From an uncultured Flavonifractor sp. (lineage in GTDB: Bacteria > Bacillota > Clostridia > Oscillospirales > Oscillospiraceae), in the NCBI GenBank assembly GCA_944385575.1, contig CALWXT010000002.1, positions 15,476 through 79,475 of the forward strand: a stretch of DNA of 64,000 nt. The letters run 5' to 3'. Position 1 is the first letter of the stretch. Each line of letters starts with the position of its first letter. A program made the position numbers and the translations under genes. Below, piece after piece: positions 48,793-58,997 of this stretch. Below the pieces are notes generated by a model. The model saw only the letters and a list, made by a program, of their open reading frames with translations. It was not told the DNA's origin and searched no databases.

Positions 48793-49005
48793 ATGCCCCA
48801 GAAATCCACCGAGAAGAAACCGGGGGCGCCCGCCCCCACAGCGGCGGAGTATTCCGCCCAGGAGCTGATCGCCGCCGCACGATCCGCATTCGGGGTTTCC
48901 CCTGACATCATGGCTGCGGCGCTGAAAACCGCCGGTCTCACCCGTGCCACCAAGGCCAAGGCCCGGGAGCTGGCCGAAAACTTTGCAAAGAGGGAGGTCA
49001 AGTAA
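48793..49005 (+). CDS. Small tail-region protein (YqzN/YkzM-like)
   Basis: AGGAGG RBS; FGVSPDIMAAAL..F.KREV. Confidence 0.6.
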   Translation: MPQKSTEKKPGAPAPTAAEYSAQELIAAARSAFGVSPDIMAAALKTAGLTRATKAKARELAENFAKREVK

Positions 49006-49008
49006 GGA

Positions 49009-50424
49009 ATGGCAGGAACCTTTACCATTGGCGAAACCAAAGTCCGCCCCGGCGTCTACCACCGCTATGAAAACGCCGGAAATGTGTCTCTTGCCGGCGC
49101 CATCAACGGTATCGGCGCCGGTGTTTTCCAGGCCAACTGGGGCCCCATGAACGAGGTGGTCGAGCTGGAGCCCAGTTCCAAGGTCAACCAGATTTTCGGT
49201 TCCGGGAAGACCGAGGATCTGATTACGGAAATGTTCAACGGGGGTATCACCTCTGGCTTCTTCGTCCGCGCCGGCACCGGCGGAACAGTCCCAACCATCA
49301 CCCTGAAGAATGCGGAAGAGGCCGACGCCGGCACCCTTCAGGGCGCCTATGTGGGTGACCGGGCCTTCACTGTCACCATCCGGGACAGCATCACCAGCGA
49401 CGAGCGCGAGTGCATCGTCTACGACGGCACCACGGAGTTCCTGAAGGTAACCTTTGCCCCCGGGGAGGATGAACCCGCGGCCCTTCAGGCGGCCCTGGCG
49501 GCGCAGAGCCAGGATTTTATCTTCATTCCTGCGGAGAGCGCCGTCGGCCCCCTGAAAGATGTGCTCCAGAGCCCCTTTACCCCCGGCACCAACCCGACCG
49601 CCTCCGCCACCGAGTACAGCAACGCCTTCGACGCCCTGGAGGCCCATACCTGGAATGTCCTCTGCGTGGACACCGAGGACAGCGCCATCCACAATCTGCT
49701 GGCCTCCTATCTCGACCGCATTTATGGGGCGGGTGCCTACCCCATGGGCTGTGTGGCACCTCTGACCAGCACCCCGCTTGATACCCGCATGACCAACGCG
49801 GCAGCCTTCAACAATGAGAAGGTCGTCTATGTGCTGAACTCTGCGAAGGACGCCACCGGAAAGGTCTATGAGGGCTACCGCCTGGCGGCGCGGATCGGCG
49901 GCATGGTCGCGGCCATCGCCTCCAATCAGAGCCTCACCCATGAGGTCGTCTCCCAAATGACCGACCTGGTGGAATCCCTGACGAACACCCAGGTCATCAA
50001 TGCTCTGAAAAAGGGTTGCCTGGTGCTCACAAAGAATGAGAGCGGCCAGGTTTGGATTGAGCAGGGCATCAACACCCTTATCACCCCCAGCGGGGAGCAG
50101 GACGAAGGGTGGAAGAAAATCCGCCGTGTCAAGACCCGCTTCGAGCTCATGCAGCGCGTGGACGACACCACCGAGAAGTTGATCGGCAAGGTGGACAACG
50201 ACACCGATGGCCGGGCCACCATCGTCGCCGCCGGCAACGGCGTCATTAAGACCATGATCGGGGAAAAGAAGCTGCTGACCGGCACCCAGATGATGGAGGA
50301 CGCCAATAACCCGGCCCAGGGCGACAGCGCATGGTTTGTCTTTGAGGTCTACGACAAGGACAGCGTGGAGAAGGCATACATGACCTATCGCTTCCGCTTT
50401 GCGGCAGACACCAGCGAAGCCTAA
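49009..50424 (+). CDS. Tail sheath protein (XkdK-like)
   Basis: KVRPGVY, WGP, IEQGINTL, WKKIRRV. Confidence 0.92.
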   Translation: MAGTFTIGETKVRPGVYHRYENAGNVSLAGAINGIGAGVFQANWGPMNEVVELEPSSKVNQIFGSGKTEDLITEMFNGGITSGFFVRAGTGGTVPTITLKNAEEADAGTLQGAYVGDRAFTVTIRDSITSDERECIVYDGTTEFLKVTFAPGEDEPAALQAALAAQSQDFIFIPAESAVGPLKDVLQSPFTPGTNPTASATEYSNAFDALEAHTWNVLCVDTEDSAIHNLLASYLDRIYGAGAYPMGCVAPLTSTPLDTRMTNAAAFNNEKVVYVLNSAKDATGKVYEGYRLAARIGGMVAAIASNQSLTHEVVSQMTDLVESLTNTQVINALKKGCLVLTKNESGQVWIEQGINTLITPSGEQDEGWKKIRRVKTRFELMQRVDDTTEKLIGKVDNDTDGRATIVAAGNGVIKTMIGEKKLLTGTQMMEDANNPAQGDSAWFVFEVYDKDSVEKAYMTYRFRFAADTSEA

Positions 50425-50443
50425 CAGAGAGGAGTGAGAAACG

Positions 50444-50899
50444 ATGGTAAATAACAGAGGCCCCATTGATACCCGCCTGGCCCTGACAGGGAAGGACGGA
50501 GCCCTTTATAGCGATGATGGTACCATGCTGGCGACCTGCGAGACCTTCCAGACCCAGGTGAATGTCACCAACGCGAAATACCAGCCCCTGGGTGACGCCC
50601 AGGAGCATGAGGTATTCCAGAGCTACGGCGTGACCCTCTCTTTCACCGAGATCGTCATCACCGACGAGCGGTTCATGTCGGAGTTCTTCGAGGGAATGAC
50701 CACCGGCGTCATGCCGAGCTGGAACTTCCAGGGCGTGGTCTACGGCCGCAACGGAAGTGAGCAGCGCATGAACTACCGCCAGTGCGTCCCCAGCGGCGCC
50801 ATTGACCTTCAGAACCTCACGGTCGGCGACCTGCTGAAGCGTGCCTGGTCTATGTTCGTCAATGAGCCCCCCGAGCTTCAGAAGCTCCTCACCGCGTAA
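50444..50899 (+). CDS. Tail tube protein (XkdM-like)
   Basis: 151 aa after sheath; LTGKDG start. Confidence 0.85.
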   Translation: MVNNRGPIDTRLALTGKDGALYSDDGTMLATCETFQTQVNVTNAKYQPLGDAQEHEVFQSYGVTLSFTEIVITDERFMSEFFEGMTTGVMPSWNFQGVVYGRNGSEQRMNYRQCVPSGAIDLQNLTVGDLLKRAWSMFVNEPPELQKLLTA

Positions 50900-50961
50900 G
50901 CACAGGGCCGCGCCCCACGCCAGGGCGCGGCCCCATTCCATTCTGACAGGAGGAAATTTTT

Positions 50962-51513
50962 ATGGACAGCATCGAAATGGGCGCTATCAATAATTCGGCC
51001 TACCAGGGCCAGGAGCCCGAGACCGTCGGCGAGGAAATCGACCCCAGCACCAAGGAGGGCAAGGAAGTCCTCCGGAGCTATGAGGACGATATTCTGGGTG
51101 GCCTTCTGGCCGCTGCCAGCTTCGAGCACAGCGAGGAGGAGACCTACCCCATGGAGGTCGCCAGAAACGGCGTCGTGCTCTTTAAGTTCCGGGTACACCC
51201 CCTTCACGAAGAGGACTACCAGAAGTGCCGGGAGCGGTACACGAAGTATGTCCGCAACAAGCAACTCGGTATCCGCGTCCCTGAAAAGACCGACACCATC
51301 GCCTATCGGAATGCCCTCATTTATGAGGCCACCGTCAAGGAAGACCGGGAAAAGCTCTGGGACAACCGGGAGGCATGGCGCCGCCTCGATGTCATCAACG
51401 GCGTGGAGCTGATCGGCCGGGTTCTGAAGGCCGGAGAGAAGGACGCCATCCTGGAGTACATCGACAAGATCAGCGGCTATTCCATGATGGCGGAGGACAC
51501 CGTAAAAAACTAA
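50962..51513 (+). CDS. Tail assembly chaperone (XkdN-like)
   Basis: LKAGE..ISGY..VKN end; slippery A_AAA_AAC before the stop. Confidence 0.85.
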   Translation: MDSIEMGAINNSAYQGQEPETVGEEIDPSTKEGKEVLRSYEDDILGGLLAAASFEHSEEETYPMEVARNGVVLFKFRVHPLHEEDYQKCRERYTKYVRNKQLGIRVPEKTDTIAYRNALIYEATVKEDREKLWDNREAWRRLDVINGVELIGRVLKAGEKDAILEYIDKISGYSMMAEDTVKN

Positions 51514-51710
51514 TTATGGCCGGCGGGAGGGCGACCCTCCTCCACCATGTCCTCCAACGGATAGGCTTTGAGGCATGGGCGGCCGCGGCTGGCTTCGATT
51601 CCGTGGAGGCAGCTATGAAGTCCCGGGGCACGGGAATATTTATCCGCGCCTCAATGCGGGCCCAGATAGCAGCCGACACCAACGGAAGGGGGGAACAAGA
51701 TGGCGGCTGA
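51504..51710 (+). CDS. Minus-1 frameshift extension of tail chaperone
   Basis: A AAA AAC at 51504-51510; -1 frame open to 51710, overlapping the TMP start. Confidence 0.7.
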   Translation, partial: KKLIMAGGRATLLHHVLQRIGFEAWAAAAGFDSVEAAMKSRGTGIFIRASMRAQIAADTNGRGEQDGG

Positions 51711-54700
51711 AACTTTCCGCATTGAAATACCTATTGATGTCGAGGACAATACCGACCCTGGCGTGAGCAGCGCAAAGCGAAAGGTGAAGTCATTCGACGA
51801 TGTGAACCGCAAGACGCAAGAGCGCCTGGACAAAATGAATCGCACCAAGTACCGCGTTGTGCTGGATGCCCTGGACAGGGCCAGCAGCGTCGTCGGGGCC
51901 GTCCGCTCCAAGGTGGGCGGGATCGCCGGCAAGACCTTCAGCTTTTCCATGAAGGTCATTGATGTGGCGACCGCCCCCCTCCGGGGGATATTGAACCTCG
52001 TGACCTCGATAGAAGGGGCGGTGCTGGGAGCCACAGGCGCCTTTGCTGCCATCTACCAGCCCATGAACCTCGCCGGCGACTACGAGCAGACCGTGGTGGC
52101 CTTCAACACCCTGCTGGGCAGCGCCGAAAAGGCCAGCAAGTTCCTGGCAGAGGCCCAGGAGTTCGCCAACACAACGCCCTTTGAATTCCCGGAGCTGCTC
52201 GACAGCAGCAAGCTCCTTCTGGCCTTCGGCTTCGAGGCAGACAAGGTTCTGGGCATGATGGAGACCATCGGTGACACCTCCAGCGGCCTCGGAGCTGGTG
52301 CTGAAGGTATCGACCGGGTCACCCGGGCCCTGGGCCAGATGTATGCAAAGGGCCGCGTCCAGTCTGAAGAGCTACTTCAGCTCCAGGAGATGGGCGTCCC
52401 GGCGGCGGAGATCCTTCAGGAAGAATTGGGGTTGACCGCCGAGCAAGTAGCCAACATCGGAAATGAGAGCGTAAATGCCTCCGTCGCCATCCAGGCCCTT
52501 CTCACCGGCATGGATAAGCGTTTCGGCGGTATGATGGCAAACCAGTCCAAGACCGCCAAGGGCATGATAAGCACCATCACCGACACCCTCCAGAACAACC
52601 TGATCCGCAACTGGGGCGAAGGCTTGTGGGAAGGCATCAAGCCCGGCCTGGAAAAGGTGACGACCTGGCTCGACGAGAACCAGGACATCGTGGCCGAGTG
52701 GGGAGAAGCCTGGAAAGACGCCGGAGCCAATATCAGCAAGTGGGTCATGGAGCGGATAGATGGCCTCCGAAAGACCATCACCGACCTTGTGAACTCCAAG
52801 GAGTGGCAGGACGCGGAGACCTTTGGTGAGAAGGTAAGCCTTGCCTGGGACAAGATCATCGCGGAGCCCTTCAATACCTGGTGGAACAGCACCGGACGGG
52901 CCTGGCTGACCGAAAAGGCGGCCAGCATCGGAGAGGGGCTCGGCAGCGCGATCACCACCGGCCTCTTGACCCTCCTCGGAATTGATGTCAGCGGGGCCCT
53001 GGAGGACGGAAAGACCGTGGGTGGCTCCTTCATCGAGGGCTTCACCGCCGGCTTTGACACCGAGAAAATCACCGCAGCCCTGAAGACCTGGGCCAGCGAG
53101 AACAAGGAGATTGTCGCTGGTATCGGGATCACCATAGGCGCCAAAATGCTGGGCGGTATCATAAGTGGCCTGGGTAAGCTGTCCGACCTGAAAAACCTAC
53201 TCGGAGGAAAGGGCAGCAAGGCCGCAGCGGCCGCCAGCGCAGTAACCGGAAATCAGTACACGACCACCACTATGACCGTCACGGCCAGCGTCGTCAATGT
53301 TTACGGAAACAGCATGGGGAACCGGGCCAGTCAGGCCGCAACAGCAGCGAACGCTACGGGAGCGGCCGGGAGCTTCCTGCCGGCCCTCCCCGGAGCTGGG
53401 GTAGCCAGCCGGGCCCTAACAGGGTCCACGCAGGCCGCTCTTCCAGGAGAAGCGCAACTCGCCCTGCCCGGCACCGTTACAACCGCAGCCAGCGGCGGCG
53501 GGAAAGCTGCCTGGCTTGCCCAGGCACCAGGCGGCGTTATCGGCTCCCTTCTGGCGAAAGCCGGCGTAGTCCTTGGCAGCGGCGCCAGTACGGCGGCCGG
53601 GGCTGCAGCAGCCGGGGCCGCTGGAATTGGCGGCGGAATCCTGGGCGGTATCGGCATTATCGACGGTATCAGGAACATCATCAGAGGAACCCAGACCACC
53701 GGGAAGGAAGCCCAGAATGAGTACGCAAAGGGCGGCACGAAGATCGGCATGGTAGGCGCTGGAGCGGCCGCAGGGGCCGCTATCGGCTCGGTCGTCCCTG
53801 TGGTCGGCACCGGCATCGGAGCTCTTGTGGGCGCCGGCGTCGGCGGCATAGGGGCCCTTCTGGGCGGTGACAGCATCGGCCAGGCCCTGTCGGACGCTCT
53901 GGACGAGGGCGGATGGCTCAACAACATGGGCGACGCCATCGGCACATTCTTCTCCGAGACCTTACCGGAAAAATGGGGCGAGTTCTGGGATGGAGTAGGC
54001 AACTTCTTCACCGAGACCGTACCATACGGCATCGGCTACGCAACCGGTGCCATTCAGACCTTCTTCACAGAAACCATCCCGGCAAAATGGACGGAGTTCT
54101 GGAACGGTGTGGGGAATTTCTTTACAGAGACCATCCCTGCATGGGCCGAAGGGGTAAAAACTGGCGCCATCAACTTCTTTACCGTCACAATCCCCACAAA
54201 ATGGAATGAGTTCTGGGGCGGCGTCGGGAATTTTTTCACCGAGACCGTTCCAGCTTGGGTGGAGACCATGAAGACCGGAGGCGTGAATTTCTTCACGGTC
54301 ACTATTCCGACGAAGTGGACGGAGTTCTGGAACGGTGTGGGGAACTTTTTCACGGAGAGCATACCAACCTGGTGGGGCAACCTAACCAGCAAGGTCTCTG
54401 AGTTCTTCACCGTAACTATCCCAAACGCCTGGAATGGCTTCTGGGATGGCCTATGGTCAAGCGTCAGCGGCTTCTTCGGCGGTGTGTGGGATAAGGTGAC
54501 CGGGGCCTTCAGCTCCGGCTATTCTGACGCCACAGAGCACGCCTGGGGCGGCATTATGACAAAGCCCCACATGGGCATCGTCGCCGAAGACGGCGCAGAG
54601 AGCATTATCCCCCTGTCCCCCTCGAAACGGGGGCGTGGGATTGACCTGTGGCAAAAGACCGGCCAGGCCCTGGGTGTACGCCCCTATGCTGAAGGGGGCA

Positions 54701-54954
54701 TCGTCGGGGACACCGATGACACCTCCGTTCCCTTGGGGCCGACAGGAGGCGGGGGCGATACGCCAAGGTTTGATATTCACCTGGAAATGAGCCCGCAGTT
54801 CATCATCGAGGCCCGAGAGAGCGGCATCGACGAGGATACCATCGTGAACATCATCAAAGCCCGGATTCGGGAGATGGTGGATGACATCAGCGACGAGCTG
54901 GCCGAGCGGCTGGCCCGTATTTTTGCCAATATGCCAGTGAAAGGAGGCGCGTGA
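51700..54954 (+). CDS. Tape measure protein
   Basis: FANTTPFE, ALGQM..EELLQL tape-measure domain; periodic W/F repeats; HAWGG..VAEDGAE. Confidence 0.93.
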   Translation: MAAETFRIEIPIDVEDNTDPGVSSAKRKVKSFDDVNRKTQERLDKMNRTKYRVVLDALDRASSVVGAVRSKVGGIAGKTFSFSMKVIDVATAPLRGILNLVTSIEGAVLGATGAFAAIYQPMNLAGDYEQTVVAFNTLLGSAEKASKFLAEAQEFANTTPFEFPELLDSSKLLLAFGFEADKVLGMMETIGDTSSGLGAGAEGIDRVTRALGQMYAKGRVQSEELLQLQEMGVPAAEILQEELGLTAEQVANIGNESVNASVAIQALLTGMDKRFGGMMANQSKTAKGMISTITDTLQNNLIRNWGEGLWEGIKPGLEKVTTWLDENQDIVAEWGEAWKDAGANISKWVMERIDGLRKTITDLVNSKEWQDAETFGEKVSLAWDKIIAEPFNTWWNSTGRAWLTEKAASIGEGLGSAITTGLLTLLGIDVSGALEDGKTVGGSFIEGFTAGFDTEKITAALKTWASENKEIVAGIGITIGAKMLGGIISGLGKLSDLKNLLGGKGSKAAAAASAVTGNQYTTTTMTVTASVVNVYGNSMGNRASQAATAANATGAAGSFLPALPGAGVASRALTGSTQAALPGEAQLALPGTVTTAASGGGKAAWLAQAPGGVIGSLLAKAGVVLGSGASTAAGAAAAGAAGIGGGILGGIGIIDGIRNIIRGTQTTGKEAQNEYAKGGTKIGMVGAGAAAGAAIGSVVPVVGTGIGALVGAGVGGIGALLGGDSIGQALSDALDEGGWLNNMGDAIGTFFSETLPEKWGEFWDGVGNFFTETVPYGIGYATGAIQTFFTETIPAKWTEFWNGVGNFFTETIPAWAEGVKTGAINFFTVTIPTKWNEFWGGVGNFFTETVPAWVETMKTGGVNFFTVTIPTKWTEFWNGVGNFFTESIPTWWGNLTSKVSEFFTVTIPNAWNGFWDGLWSSVSGFFGGVWDKVTGAFSSGYSDATEHAWGGIMTKPHMGIVAEDGAESIIPLSPSKRGRGIDLWQKTGQALGVRPYAEGGIVGDTDDTSVPLGPTGGGGDTPRFDIHLEMSPQFIIEARESGIDEDTIVNIIKARIREMVDDISDELAERLARIFANMPVKGGA

Positions 54955-54957
54955 TCC

Positions 54958-55623
54958 GTGGATGTCTATATTACTGAAAAGGAGAGCGGCACCCGGATCG
55001 CGCTCTCCATGCTTCCCGAAAAGACCAAGCGGAAGGCAAGCACCAAGTTCCAGAGCTATGACATCATCAATGTGGGCGAAGTCAAGGTGCCCCGGGGCAC
55101 AAAGCTGCTGACCTTTTCCTGGGACGGCATCTTTCCTGGAGCCGGCCGGAAGAATTATAGCTTCGTGAAAAGCCACTTCTGGATGGAGCCCAAAGAGTTG
55201 GAGGGGATTTTTGAACGATGGCGGAAAAACGGAACTACCCTGATCCTTATGGTGACAGAGACCTTCATCAACCATGAGGTCTGTGTTTCCGACTTCACCG
55301 CTACCAACAGCGGAGGCGCCGGCGATGTCTCATATAGCGTCACCTTCACCGAAGCAAAGGAAATCAAGGTTTATACCACCTCCGAGCTTAATATAAAGCC
55401 CTCGGCAAAGACCAATGAGACCAGCTCGGCCACCAGGCCGGCGCCGGCGGCTGCCTCGGCCACGACCTACACAGTCAAGAGCGGGGACAGCCTGTGGGCC
55501 ATTGCAAAGCAGTACCTCGGAGACGGTTCCAGGTACAACGAAATCTATGAGCTCAACAAGGACACCATCGGCAGCAACCCCAATTTGATATATCCGGGCC
55601 AGACCTTCACCTTGCCCAGCTAA
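54958..55623 (+). CDS. XkdP-like LysM tail protein
   Basis: YTVKSGDSLWAIAK..NPNLIYPGQ. Confidence 0.9.
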   Translation: MDVYITEKESGTRIALSMLPEKTKRKASTKFQSYDIINVGEVKVPRGTKLLTFSWDGIFPGAGRKNYSFVKSHFWMEPKELEGIFERWRKNGTTLILMVTETFINHEVCVSDFTATNSGGAGDVSYSVTFTEAKEIKVYTTSELNIKPSAKTNETSSATRPAPAAASATTYTVKSGDSLWAIAKQYLGDGSRYNEIYELNKDTIGSNPNLIYPGQTFTLPS

Positions 55624-55636
55624 AGGAGGTGCCGAT

Positions 55637-56899
55637 TTGATAGATGCCAGAAAGCTGAAGTATAAAATCATCGGCATTTTGGAGGACGGCACCCAACTGG
55701 ACATCACAGGGGCCACCGAAGACCAGGGGTGGGAGGAAGGCGAAGGAGAACTTGCCCTGCGGATCAACCTCACCGTCTACAATGCCAAATACCGCGGGCA
55801 ATACCTATCGGACATTCTGAAGCCCGGCTGCATCGTTGCCATTGTGGCTGACTGGGGTGATGGGACGGAGGAGGTGGCCCGGGGATCCATCGTCGATTGG
55901 GACACCACCAACCGGAGCTCCGAGGACACCTTTTCCATCCTGGCGTATGACGAGCTCTTCGACTTCCAGAACAGCCAGGATAATGTCTATATTACCGCCG
56001 GGACGGGCACCAAGGCCGCGCTGACGGCCATTTTTTCAGATTGGGGTATTCCTATCGGAGAGTACAAAGGGCCCGATGTGGCCCACGCTAAGACCGTGTT
56101 CAAGAACGAATATTTGAGCGACATGGTCGAGCAGCTTCTTGATGATGCGATGAAGCAGGGAGCCCCAAAGTGTATCATCCGCGCTGTCCAAGGCGCTATC
56201 CGTGTGCTCCCAGAGGGGAGCAACACCACGATTTATCACTTCGACGAGGACAGCAACATCGAGGTCACCAAGGACAAGGTGAGCACCCAGGGGCTTGTTA
56301 CCCGTGTGAAGGTGGTCGGAAAAGAGGACAGCGAGGGCCGCCAGCCGGTGGAAGCCATCATTGATGGGCAGACCGAGCTTGGAATCCGTCAGCGGATATA
56401 TAACCGCCAGGAGAACGACAGCCTGGCAACGGCGAAGACGGCGGCCCAGGAAATCATCACCAACAGCGAGGCCGACACCAGAACCACTTCCATCCAGGGG
56501 CCCGATGTTCCCATGATCCGCCGCGGAGATAAGGTGCATATCAACGGTCGCACCCTCAACGGCTATTTCATCGTCTTATCCGTCCAGCACAACGCCGCCT
56601 CCGGCTCTATGACCATGGGGGTGAAGGCGTTCCAGGAGGAGGGCACCGCCGGCCAGAGTAACCAATCCCAGACAGAGCAGGCCCAGGGAAACCAGGAGAC
56701 TACCGGCTCTGGCTTCAGCCAGGGAGACCGGGTGATTCTGAACGGCGCTGTCTACCGGGACAGCTATGGCACCGGAAAGGGAAAGACCTGCAGCAATTAC
56801 ACAGGAACCATTACCATCGCCGTGGACACCAGCCGCCCGTGCCCCTATCACATTGACGGAATCGGCTGGGTCTACCCGAACACCATCACCAAAGCATAG
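55637..56899 (+). CDS. XkdQ-like baseplate hub with SH3-like C-terminus
   Basis: Position and size; VTRVKVVG; C-terminal PYHI..GWV. Confidence 0.75.
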   Translation: MIDARKLKYKIIGILEDGTQLDITGATEDQGWEEGEGELALRINLTVYNAKYRGQYLSDILKPGCIVAIVADWGDGTEEVARGSIVDWDTTNRSSEDTFSILAYDELFDFQNSQDNVYITAGTGTKAALTAIFSDWGIPIGEYKGPDVAHAKTVFKNEYLSDMVEQLLDDAMKQGAPKCIIRAVQGAIRVLPEGSNTTIYHFDEDSNIEVTKDKVSTQGLVTRVKVVGKEDSEGRQPVEAIIDGQTELGIRQRIYNRQENDSLATAKTAAQEIITNSEADTRTTSIQGPDVPMIRRGDKVHINGRTLNGYFIVLSVQHNAASGSMTMGVKAFQEEGTAGQSNQSQTEQAQGNQETTGSGFSQGDRVILNGAVYRDSYGTGKGKTCSNYTGTITIAVDTSRPCPYHIDGIGWVYPNTITKA

Positions 56900-56912
56900 G
56901 ACAGGAGGCAGT

Positions 56913-57374
56913 ATGAGCCAGGCAGAAGGAAATCCGGGTGTAAACAAGCTGGCCCGTGCAATAAAGGGCCGCATTGACCGGGAGCGAGAGGCTTACTCCT
57001 CTCTCGTCTTGGATTTTGGGGAAATCCAGGGGGATTACAGTCTGAAAACGAACACTTTTCCCAAAACAATCCCCAAGGGCGATTACATGGTGTGCAGACA
57101 GCTCACCTTGGGCCCTACCGACACCCATCTGACCTATACCATCGAGCCGGGAAACCCAGACGACGGCACCCACAACCACGGAAGCAGCGGTACGCATGGC
57201 GGCCATGTCAGCGGGGATGGCAGCCACACCCACACCAATGAAGGCCCCCATGTCCACGATGTCCTGATCCCAGAGAAAATGCGCAAGCTGCTTCCCGGCG
57301 ACCGCGTCCTCGTGGCGTGGGTACAAAACGACGCCGTGGTGATCGACCTGATCCTCCCCGCCAGCGTCTTGTGA
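56913..57374 (+). CDS. XkdR-like baseplate spike with His-rich loop
   Basis: DFGEI..; L.PGDRVLVAW..VVID; HNH, HTH and HVH motifs. Confidence 0.7.
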   Translation: MSQAEGNPGVNKLARAIKGRIDREREAYSSLVLDFGEIQGDYSLKTNTFPKTIPKGDYMVCRQLTLGPTDTHLTYTIEPGNPDDGTHNHGSSGTHGGHVSGDGSHTHTNEGPHVHDVLIPEKMRKLLPGDRVLVAWVQNDAVVIDLILPASVL

Positions 57375-57387
57375 GAGGAGGCGACCT

Positions 57388-57837
57388 ATGGCAGAGCAAA
57401 GCCTTTTCCCAACTTTTTCGGTGCCCGTCATTGAGACCCCGACGGCCGCACAGGAGCGGAAATACCGGCGCAGCCTATACTTTGACTATGCCACCGGGGA
57501 TTTCCGGCAGGACGGCGCCGGGAAGATCGTGGAGGCGGATGGCCGAGAAGCCTATAAGCAGTGGTGCATGAAAGTCGCTATGACCGAGCGTTTCACCCGG
57601 CTGGCCTACACCACGGACATCGGAACTGAAATGATAGACGCCCTGAACCAGGAAGACCGGGAAGCGGTTCAGAGCGCCGTCGAGCGCACGATCACCGAGG
57701 CGCTCATGGTAAATCCAAAGACAGAATATGTCCGGGGATTTTCTTTTACCTGGGAGGGCGATTCCTTGTCCTGCACCTGTATCGTGAAGGGGCACGACTG
57801 GGAGGAGTTTTCCGTCGGAATTCCAGCTTCAAAGTGA
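57388..57837 (+). CDS. XkdS/DUF2634 baseplate wedge (gp25-like)
   Basis: FDYATGDF, QWC..TER..YTTDIG.E, ITEAL. Confidence 0.8.
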   Translation: MAEQSLFPTFSVPVIETPTAAQERKYRRSLYFDYATGDFRQDGAGKIVEADGREAYKQWCMKVAMTERFTRLAYTTDIGTEMIDALNQEDREAVQSAVERTITEALMVNPKTEYVRGFSFTWEGDSLSCTCIVKGHDWEEFSVGIPASK

Positions 57838-57851
57838 GGGGGTGAAAAGGA

Positions 57852-58997
57852 ATGTCAACAGAATTTGTTGCACCGAGCTGGCTGAACGACCAAGATGCCG
57901 AAACCATCCACAAGCGGATGATGGCGGCCCTGCCCGCAGACATTGACGACACCGAGGCCGGCTTCCCTTGGGATCTGACAAAGCCGTCTGCCTTGGAGAA
58001 AGCAGAGCTTCTGCAATTTCATTTGGTGGAGACCCTGAAGCTCATGTTTCCCATGTGGGCATATGGGGAGTGGCTTGACTATCATGCGAACCGGATTCAC
58101 CTGACGCGTCGCCCTGGCACTCCGGCATATGGGACGCTCACCATCAGCGGACTTGTGGGGACGACCATCCCCAAGGGGTTTGTATTCGCTGTTCCGGCTG
58201 TTGGGAATTCCCCTGCGGTTGAATTTTTGACCGAAGAGGAAGTGACCATCGACGAATCTGGAACCGTTGAAGTAGGCGTAGTCGCCGCCGAAATTGGGCT
58301 GACCGGAAATGTGCCAGAGGGCGCCGTTGCCATTATGGCAGAGCCCATGACAGGTATTACAGCCGTCACTAACACGGAGCGGGTCACCGGCGGGACGGTC
58401 GAAGAGGACGACGATTCCCTCCGGGAACGCATACTGGAGGCTGAGCGGGCCGGAGAGGCCAGCTTCGTGGGCTGCGACGCCGACTATATCCGATGGGCAA
58501 AGGAGGTGCCCGGCGTCGGTGAAGCCTTCGTGATCCCCCAATGGAACCCAGAGGTCAAGAACAGCGTGAAGCTCGTTGTTCTGGACGCCAACGGAGAGCC
58601 TGCCAATGAGCGCATATTGCAGGAGGTCTTCAATTACATCATATCCCCAGACGACCGTATCAACAGGAAGGCTCCCATCGGGGCCATACTGACGGTAGCG
58701 GCGCCAACCATGGTGCCGATCACCTATGCCCTTAAAGCGACGCTGCGGGCCGGCTATGATGCCGCCTCTGTCCGCGTAGCCATCGAGAGCGACATCTGGA
58801 ACTACTATGTGCAGGCCAAGGAAGACAACCTTGTGAAGTACAACGAGATTCACGCCCTCATTACCCGTTCCCCGGGCATTTTTGATTTTACCAGTCTCAC
58901 CCTAAACGGGAAGACTGATAACATAGTGCTAAAGCAGGATGAATACCCGGAGACAGAGAGCATTGACCTCGGGGTGCCGGAGGGGGTGTCCATGTGA
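57852..58997 (+). CDS. Baseplate J-like protein (XkdT)
   Basis: AYGEWLD, GGTVEEDDDSLRERI, DYIRWA.EVPGV. Confidence 0.9.
   Translation: MSTEFVAPSWLNDQDAETIHKRMMAALPADIDDTEAGFPWDLTKPSALEKAELLQFHLVETLKLMFPMWAYGEWLDYHANRIHLTRRPGTPAYGTLTISGLVGTTIPKGFVFAVPAVGNSPAVEFLTEEEVTIDESGTVEVGVVAAEIGLTGNVPEGAVAIMAEPMTGITAVTNTERVTGGTVEEDDDSLRERILEAERAGEASFVGCDADYIRWAKEVPGVGEAFVIPQWNPEVKNSVKLVVLDANGEPANERILQEVFNYIISPDDRINRKAPIGAILTVAAPTMVPITYALKATLRAGYDAASVRVAIESDIWNYYVQAKEDNLVKYNEIHALITRSPGIFDFTSLTLNGKTDNIVLKQDEYPETESIDLGVPEGVSM

Noticed and set aside
53930-54490. Repeats in the tape measure gene as a diversifying locus
   Set aside because: Ordinary periodic W/F tape-measure repeats
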